A stretch of 64,000 nucleotides of DNA from Candidatus Latescibacterota bacterium. GTDB lineage: Bacteria > Latescibacterota > UBA2968 > GCA-2709665. This document shows positions 57,698 to 64,000 of the stretch, one piece after another. Below the pieces are notes generated by a model. That model was not told where the DNA came from, did not search any database, and worked only from the letters and a program-made list of their open reading frames with translations. Numbering within the stretch: position 1 is the stretch's first letter; each line of letters begins with the position of its first letter. Made by a program: the position numbers and the translations under genes. The DNA lies in NCBI GenBank assembly GCA_965116875.1, contig OZ220733.1, positions 64,001 through 128,000 of the forward strand. Reading direction: 5' to 3'.

Positions 57698-59569
57698 ATG
57701 TGGACCTACGACAAACACTACGATATCATCGTTGTCGGCGGGGGGCACGCCGGTGCCGAGGCCGCCCTGGCAGGCGCGCGCATGGGGCGCCGCACTCTGC
57801 TGCTGACGATGAATCTGGACACGGTCGCCCAGATGTCGTGCAATCCGGCGGTCGGAGGGATCGCAAAGGGCCACATGGTGCGCGAAATCGATGCCCTGGG
57901 CGGGGAGATGGCGCAGAACATCGACGCGACGGGGCTGCAATTCCGCCTGCTGAACCGGAGCAAGGGTCCGGCGGTGCAGGCCCCCCGGGCGCAGGCCGAC
58001 AAGAAAGCATATCAGTTTCGGATGAAATCCGTCGTGGAGCGTCAGCCGAACCTGGATCTCAAACAGGGTCTGATCGAAGACCTGTTGGTCGACGAGGGAC
58101 GGATCAGGGGCATCCTTACGAAATCCGGCACGATCTTTCGGGGCCGGACCGTTATCCTGACGACCGGCACCTTTCTGAGGGGCCTCATCCACGTGGGCGA
58201 CCGCTCGTACCGCGCCGGGCGCGCAGGCGAGGGTTCCGCGGAACGGGCATCCGGCGGCCTTCGACGGTTGGGGTTCGACCTGGGAAGGCTGAAAACAGGC
58301 ACGCCGCCGCGGGTCAATTCACGCAGCGTGAATTACAGCGTGATGGATATCCAGCCCGGTGACGAGCAACCATGCCCCTTTTCGTTCCGCACCGGGGCCA
58401 TCACACGCGAACAGCTTGACTGCCACATCACCTGCACCACGCCTGAAACCCACGAAATCATCAGACGGAATCTGGATCGTTCGGCGATGTACAGCGGCCG
58501 CATCCAATCGGTGGGTCCGCGTTACTGTCCTTCGATCGAAGACAAGGTCGTCAGGTTCGCGGACAGGCAGAAGCACCAGCTCTTCATCGAGCCGGAAGGC
58601 TACGACACCCTGGAAGTCTACCTGAATGGGCTGTCGATGAGCCTGCCCGAAGACGTTCAGGTTGAGGTTGTGCGCAGCGTGACCGGCCTCGAAAACGCGG
58701 AAATCATGCGGCCGGGTTACGCCGTTGAATACGACTATGTTCCTCCGAACCAGATCCTTCCCACCCTTGAAACCAAACCCGTCCGCGGGCTGTTCTTCGC
58801 GGGGCAGATCAACGGCACCACGGGATATGAAGAAGCGGCCGGCCAGGGCCTGATGGCGGGCATCAACGCCGCATTGCAGGTCCGGAACGAGGACCCGCTC
58901 ATTCTGGACCGCGCTCAGGCCTATATAGGCGTGCTGATTGACGATCTTACCACCAAGGGTACCGATGAGCCGTACCGAATGTTCACCGCTTCGGCGGAAT
59001 ACCGTCTGTTGTTGCGGCACGACAACGCCGACCTGCGCCTGACCGAAACGGGACGCAGGATCGGGCTGATATCAGACAGCGCGTACGAATCCTTCAAGCG
59101 CCGGGCGGCAGCAATCAACGCAGAGCGTCGCCGTCTTAAAGAGGTGAAAATCAGGCCTTCAAGCCGGGTACAGCAGTACCTCCATAAAGCGGGAACTGCC
59201 CCGCTCGCTCAGCCCGTCCCTCTGATCGATCTGTTGCGCCGACCGCAGATCGACTACCGGTTTGTCCGGGAAGTGGCGCCACCTCCCGAGCCACTTCCTC
59301 ACGATGTCTGCCAGTCGGTTGAGGTCGAACTCAAATACGAAGGCTACATTCAGCGCCAGAAGTCGCAGGTGGCCAGGTTTCAGGATCTGGAGCGAAAACA
59401 TCTCCCGGAAGACATCAATTACCATAACCTTCCCGCCATCTCCCGCGAGGCCGCCGAAAAGCTCTCCCGTATACGCCCTCGCTCGCTGGGTCAGGCATCC
59501 CGGATCCCGGGTGTTTCACCCGCGGACGTCTCTGCCCTGATGGTCATCCTTGCCCGGGGCGCGGCATGA
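57698..59569 (+). CDS. mnmG: tRNA uridine-5-carboxymethylaminomethyl modification enzyme MnmG (GidA)
   Basis: VVGGGHAG.EAA, MSCNPAVGG, RLKTGTPPR, GPRYCPSIEDK, AGQINGTTGYEEAA. Confidence 0.97.
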   Translation: MWTYDKHYDIIVVGGGHAGAEAALAGARMGRRTLLLTMNLDTVAQMSCNPAVGGIAKGHMVREIDALGGEMAQNIDATGLQFRLLNRSKGPAVQAPRAQADKKAYQFRMKSVVERQPNLDLKQGLIEDLLVDEGRIRGILTKSGTIFRGRTVILTTGTFLRGLIHVGDRSYRAGRAGEGSAERASGGLRRLGFDLGRLKTGTPPRVNSRSVNYSVMDIQPGDEQPCPFSFRTGAITREQLDCHITCTTPETHEIIRRNLDRSAMYSGRIQSVGPRYCPSIEDKVVRFADRQKHQLFIEPEGYDTLEVYLNGLSMSLPEDVQVEVVRSVTGLENAEIMRPGYAVEYDYVPPNQILPTLETKPVRGLFFAGQINGTTGYEEAAGQGLMAGINAALQVRNEDPLILDRAQAYIGVLIDDLTTKGTDEPYRMFTASAEYRLLLRHDNADLRLTETGRRIGLISDSAYESFKRRAAAINAERRRLKEVKIRPSSRVQQYLHKAGTAPLAQPVPLIDLLRRPQIDYRFVREVAPPPEPLPHDVCQSVEVELKYEGYIQRQKSQVARFQDLERKHLPEDINYHNLPAISREAAEKLSRIRPRSLGQASRIPGVSPADVSALMVILARGAA

Positions 59570-60426
59570 GTCCGGACAGGACACGGGTCCGGGCGATTCT
59601 TTCTCTGCTGGCCGACCCCGACGCCGAAATCGTGGACGTCGTGCGGCGCAAGCTGTTCGCGATGGGTGAGCAGGCCGTACGCGAGGTTCTGGATGCCGCG
59701 CCCGGTGGCTCGCGGGCACAGCGGGAGGCCGGCCTGATTCTGCTGTGCCACAAGGAACCGCCTCTGGAATCTCAGTTTCGGAATCTCCACGAAGGTGCCA
59801 ACGGCGACATCGACCTGGAAACAGCGTCGTTTACCCTGGCCAGGCTCGAATATCCCGCCCTCGACATTCAGCGATACAGAAGCCGGCTCAACAAGATGGC
59901 GGAGGAACTGGCGCCCTCGATCGCACCTGACGACCATCCGCTCAGAGTCATCCAGACCCTGAACCACTACATTTTTGAATCACAGGGATTCAGGGGGCGC
60001 AGAAACGAATCCGCTGGCCCGGACGCCAGTTACATGAACCGGGTCCTGGATCGCAAGACGGGTCTTCCCATCTCGATATCGGCGCTCTACATTTTTCTGG
60101 CGCGCCGGCTCGAACTTCCCATTTTCGGCGTGGGGATGCCCGTACACTTTATCGTAAAGTACAAATCAACGGACGGCATGGAGTTCCTGTTCGACCCCTA
60201 CAACAAGGGCCAACTCCTGACGGCGAATGAATGCGCGGAAATCCTCTCCCGGTTCGACGTGGCTTTCGAGCCATCCATGCTGCGCCAGGCAACCGACCGG
60301 GAGATGCTCATCCGCATGATGTTCAACCTCTGTGCCGCCTACAGGCACCAAAAGGACGCAGGCAAGGTTGACGCGCTCGAACGGCTGGTTCGCATCCTTC
60401 TCAAGCGTCACCCGCTGCAGGAGTAA
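59566..60426 (+). CDS. SirB1-family transglutaminase-like protein
   Basis: SYMNRVLDRKTGLPISIS, GVGMPVHF, DPYNKG. Confidence 0.85.
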   Translation: MSPDRTRVRAILSLLADPDAEIVDVVRRKLFAMGEQAVREVLDAAPGGSRAQREAGLILLCHKEPPLESQFRNLHEGANGDIDLETASFTLARLEYPALDIQRYRSRLNKMAEELAPSIAPDDHPLRVIQTLNHYIFESQGFRGRRNESAGPDASYMNRVLDRKTGLPISISALYIFLARRLELPIFGVGMPVHFIVKYKSTDGMEFLFDPYNKGQLLTANECAEILSRFDVAFEPSMLRQATDREMLIRMMFNLCAAYRHQKDAGKVDALERLVRILLKRHPLQE

Positions 60427-60526
60427 CCGATTCGCTCAACCCGGAATGCGTTGGCCGGAGACAGGGTGACGGGCTTCACACCATGTCCGTTTCCGTGGAA
60501 CAAGGACCTGCCGCTCTACTGATCCC

Positions 60527-61000
60527 ATGCCCGAAAACATAAAGATCGTCGTGCAGAACCGTAAAGCCAGGCGGGACTTTTTTCTTGTCGACACCTATGA
60601 GGCCGGCGTCGAACTCAAGGGCACGGAAGTGAAGTCACTGCGCCTGGGCAACGCCAGTATGGCGGACAGCTATGCCCGAGTGGAAGACAATCAGGTCTTC
60701 CTGCACAACCTTCACATTGGCGAATACACCGAGGCCAACCGCTTCAATCACGATCCGGTGCGCAAACGCCGGCTCTTGCTGCACAGGCACGAAATCGACC
60801 GGCTCAGGGTCCGTACCGAAGAAAGGGGACTGACGCTAGTCGCCCTGAAGCTTTACTTCAAACGCGGCAGGGCCAAGGTCGAACTTGCCCTTGCCAGGGG
60901 CAAGCGCGAATACGACCGGCGCCGGGAGATTGCCAAACGCGACGCACATCGTGAAATGCGGCGGGAACTCAAGGTCCGGGAAACGAGATCTCGAAACTGA
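60527..61000 (+). CDS. smpB: SsrA-binding protein
   Basis: NRKAR, EAGVELKGTEVKSLR, RKRRLLLH, GKREYDRR. Confidence 0.97.
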   Translation: MPENIKIVVQNRKARRDFFLVDTYEAGVELKGTEVKSLRLGNASMADSYARVEDNQVFLHNLHIGEYTEANRFNHDPVRKRRLLLHRHEIDRLRVRTEERGLTLVALKLYFKRGRAKVELALARGKREYDRRREIAKRDAHREMRRELKVRETRSRN

Positions 61001-61062
61001 TGCACTGTCACTTGAACAGGTTGCCGGTATTGGGCTGCCGCGTCGCGAGGCGGGGAACCGCT

Positions 61063-62286
61063 GTGAGACGCCCCGTGAAGAATGAGAACCGGCGGGGAGC
61101 GATTCTCCCTGCCGCCCTGCTGGCCGCATGTACCGTGTTGTTGCCACTCTGTTCCTCTGGAAGCGCGGAAACAACCGAAGCGCCCGTTGCCATTCCCGCG
61201 TGGAGACTCGGCAGCGGCGATTACGTGTCCCTCCGCGACCTGGCCGAGGTCCTGGGCGGCCGACTCCGTCCCATCCCGTCCGCGGGAAAAATCGGTTTGC
61301 GAAAGGGTGGCAATCTGGTCGTTTTCACCCCGTTCTCCTCGGTCGTGACCGTAAACGACGTGGGATACAGGTTGCCGCTGGAAACGCGATATCACGACAC
61401 CGGGGCTCTTTACGTGCCGTCTGAAGCGATCCTGGCGTTGCTGGCGCGAACCTTTCCGGACCTTGCCGGTGTGCAGCCCGTTGAACAACCGGTTTACGCC
61501 GCACGCGCGTCGGTTCGCGAAAAACGGCGGACCGGTCCGGGAATGCATGGACCCGGTCCGAAGGTCGACCCGGATCGCTGGACGATCGACACCGTCATTA
61601 TAGATCCCGGGCATGGCGGCAGGGACCCCGGGGCGACGGGAAAACGGGGCACGAAGGAGAAGGACATCGCACTGAAGGTATCCGTACGTCTCAAGGAGTT
61701 ACTCGAAGAGCGACTCGGCGTACGTGCCGTGCTTACGCGCAATGCGGACACGTTTGTCACGCTTGGACAGCGTGCGCGCATTGCCAGAAAGCGTCAGGGC
61801 AAGCTTTTCGTCAGCATTCACTGCAACGCGAGCAGAAGTCGTCGCGCGCGCGGTTTCGAAGTCTACTTCCTCTCCGAAGCCAGGACGGAAGAAGCCGCCG
61901 AAGTGGCAAGGCGGGAGAACGCCGTACTCGACCTGGAGGAGCCGGACGAATCTGCTGACATGGATGAAATCGAAGGCATCAGGTTCGGCCTGCTTTCCAC
62001 GCAGTTTCTGAAAGAAAGCCAGGACCTGGCGGCCGATATACGCGCAGAGGTGGTCGGAAGCCTGGGTCCGTTGCCCGATCGCGGGGTTCGACAGGCGAAC
62101 TTCTACGTAATGAGAGGCACGATGGGACACATGCCTTCGGTCCTGGTGGAAATGGGCTTTGTCTCCAATCCGTCCGAAGAGATTCAGATGCGAAAGCGTG
62201 CGTATCAGCGTAAAATGGCCGAGGCGATTTTCAACGGGATTCGTAAATTCAAACACCGATATGAACAACAACTCACCAGGAACTGA
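61063..62286 (+). CDS. N-acetylmuramoyl-L-alanine amidase (Amidase_3, AmiC-like)
   Basis: IIDPGHGGRDPGA, EKDIAL, FVSIHCNA, VLVEMGFVSN; start uncertain (61000, 61063 or 61075). Confidence 0.9.
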   Translation: MRRPVKNENRRGAILPAALLAACTVLLPLCSSGSAETTEAPVAIPAWRLGSGDYVSLRDLAEVLGGRLRPIPSAGKIGLRKGGNLVVFTPFSSVVTVNDVGYRLPLETRYHDTGALYVPSEAILALLARTFPDLAGVQPVEQPVYAARASVREKRRTGPGMHGPGPKVDPDRWTIDTVIIDPGHGGRDPGATGKRGTKEKDIALKVSVRLKELLEERLGVRAVLTRNADTFVTLGQRARIARKRQGKLFVSIHCNASRSRRARGFEVYFLSEARTEEAAEVARRENAVLDLEEPDESADMDEIEGIRFGLLSTQFLKESQDLAADIRAEVVGSLGPLPDRGVRQANFYVMRGTMGHMPSVLVEMGFVSNPSEEIQMRKRAYQRKMAEAIFNGIRKFKHRYEQQLTRN

Positions 62287-63154
62287 TCCGTCCCCCGGGA
62301 TCGACCTTCCCGGCAGCGATCCGGGATACTTTTATGATCCCCAGGTCACGGCCGGCCTGCACGGCGAAATCAGACTCTCCCCAAGGGTCGAAACGCACTG
62401 CAGGTGCGGCGGCAGGCTGCCGTACCAGGTTTTTGAACGGCCGGATGCTGAACCGACCTGGTGTCCATGCAGGCGTTACCGTTTGAAGATTCAGGAGATC
62501 AACCGGCTCATCGGGAACTCCGGCATCCCCGATCCGTTTCGATACAGATTCCTGGACGATTTCTACGAGACGTACGATGGAACACCGATCAGGGGCGCGG
62601 ACCAGCTCAAACGCCATCTGCGTACCCTGATCGAACGATCCCGAAAACTGAATACCCGGCCGGACACCGGCGCACACGCGACTGGCTTCCAACCGATCAG
62701 AGGGTACTTTCTGACGGGAACACCCGGCGTGGGAAAAACCTACTTTTCCTATGTCGCGCTCAACGAACTGATTTTTCATACGGGAAGGCCGGGGAAATTC
62801 ATCAGCTTGTCGAAAGCGTTCTTCCAGAGACTGAGATTCGCGTTTGACGAAAAGAGTCCCATGCACGGCAAGTCGGAAACATTCCTCCGCACGCTCGGTA
62901 ACGTCCCGTTTCTGGTCATCGACGACTTCGGCGTGCAGCGGAACACGGAGTGGGAGCTGGAAATGCTCTACAACCTGGTGGATACACGCTATGCCAATCG
63001 ACGATTCACGATTGTAACCACAAACCAGGACATCGAAAACGCAAAGGGTCTGGCGGACGGCAGGCTCTATTCGAGATTCATCGAAATGTGTTATGTCATC
63101 CGCATTCAAGCATCGGACTACCGGGAGCGCGCACGTAAGGTATACGAGATATGA
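62261..63154 (+). CDS. DnaC/IstB-like AAA+ ATPase with an N-terminal CxC...CxC motif
   Basis: HCRCGG...WCPCR, GTPGVGKT (Walker A), LVIDDFG (Walker B), DTRY, TIVTTN, RLYSRFIEM. Confidence 0.85.
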   Translation: MNNNSPGTDPSPGIDLPGSDPGYFYDPQVTAGLHGEIRLSPRVETHCRCGGRLPYQVFERPDAEPTWCPCRRYRLKIQEINRLIGNSGIPDPFRYRFLDDFYETYDGTPIRGADQLKRHLRTLIERSRKLNTRPDTGAHATGFQPIRGYFLTGTPGVGKTYFSYVALNELIFHTGRPGKFISLSKAFFQRLRFAFDEKSPMHGKSETFLRTLGNVPFLVIDDFGVQRNTEWELEMLYNLVDTRYANRRFTIVTTNQDIENAKGLADGRLYSRFIEMCYVIRIQASDYRERARKVYEI

Positions 63155-63230
63155 GACCGCTCTCGAGTGAGGGCGGGCACTTCAACCACGGACCTGTTCC
63201 GCACGATCGATCGTGAATTTCAGGTTTGCC

Positions 63231-63821
63231 ATGCCCGTTTTGGTGGTCGCTACAAAAAATCCCGGCAAGCTCAGAGAGATCCGGGAGATTCTCGGGTCGG
63301 AAGTCAGGCTGCTTTCTCCGGCCGACTTCCCTGACGTCGGGGATATTGTGGAGGACGGCAGGACGTTCGAGGCCAACGCAATCAAGAAAGCGCTTGCCGT
63401 TGCATACCATACCGGTCACGTATCCCTCGCAGACGACTCCGGCCTGGAGGTGGACGCGCTCGACGGAGCGCCGGGAGTTTATTCCGCACGATTCGCGGGC
63501 GAAAAGGCCACCGACGAGCAGAACAACCGCAAGCTGCTCCGGCTCCTCGAAGACACCCCCGACGAACAACGTACAGCGCGTTTCCGCTGCGTGATTGCCG
63601 TAGGCAAGCCCGACGGTACCGTTCAGACGGCGCAGGGCACGGCCGAGGGAAGAATTCTGCACGGCCCGCGGGGAACCGGTGGATTCGGGTACGATCCCCT
63701 GTTCCTGGTTTCAGGCGAACGGCGGACGTTTGCGGAACTGCAGGCCGAAGAAAAAAACAGGCTCAGCCACCGTGGAAAAGCCCTGCAGTCCGCGTTCCCG
63801 ATGCTGAGCCGATTTCTCTGA
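63231..63821 (+). CDS. rdgB: Non-canonical purine NTP pyrophosphatase (RdgB/HAM1)
   Basis: ATKNPGKLRE, ADDSGLEVDAL.GAPGVYSAR, GFGYDPLF, KNRLSHRGKA. Confidence 0.95.
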   Translation: MPVLVVATKNPGKLREIREILGSEVRLLSPADFPDVGDIVEDGRTFEANAIKKALAVAYHTGHVSLADDSGLEVDALDGAPGVYSARFAGEKATDEQNNRKLLRLLEDTPDEQRTARFRCVIAVGKPDGTVQTAQGTAEGRILHGPRGTGGFGYDPLFLVSGERRTFAELQAEEKNRLSHRGKALQSAFPMLSRFL

Positions 63822-64000
63822 ATCGGGTATTTGAGTTGGAATGCGCGGCGTCCTGCGTGCGTCCCGTCGATCAGTCCGATCCGGAACCGTCCACCTTCGG
63901 ACGGCGCTGGTAACGCCTCACCCGCCGCACGAAGATCCAGACCAGACCCGCCACAGCAAGATATTTCAACACCTCCCACACCCACCCCTCCCATCCCAGG

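Overview
A GC-rich bacterial chromosomal segment with no rRNA, tRNA, CRISPR array or intact transposase that I can see. The gene content (TonB receptor, split gcvPA/gcvPB, scpAB, cmk-plsC-rpsA, many Gfo/Idh/MocA and SDR enzymes) suggests an FCB-group diderm such as Latescibacterota or Gemmatimonadota; this is inference only. The right half (38-64 kb) is mostly housekeeping: relA/spoT, mutS, mtaB, rpsA, plsC, cmk, scpAB, gcvH, accCB, efp, bioB, mnmG, smpB, a cell-wall amidase and rdgB. The left half is accessory and catabolic. The most notable unexplained signals are: (1) a promoter-bounded, multi-stem RNA of about 210 nt upstream of an RpoD-like sigma factor gene; (2) a tandem SDR array whose middle copy is chimeric and whose central segment is hypervariable; (3) an AT-rich solo gene fusing a NucS-like PD-(D/E)xK nuclease to a PUA/EVE-like domain; (4) two families of MITE-like elements, one of which appears to have replaced the toxin of a toxin-antitoxin pair; (5) an empty inverted heptamer-repeat element; (6) a DnaC/IstB-like ATPase embedded in a housekeeping operon. 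Several start codons were moved from the ORF track using RBS position and domain boundaries. All family assignments come from motif recognition, not database searches.
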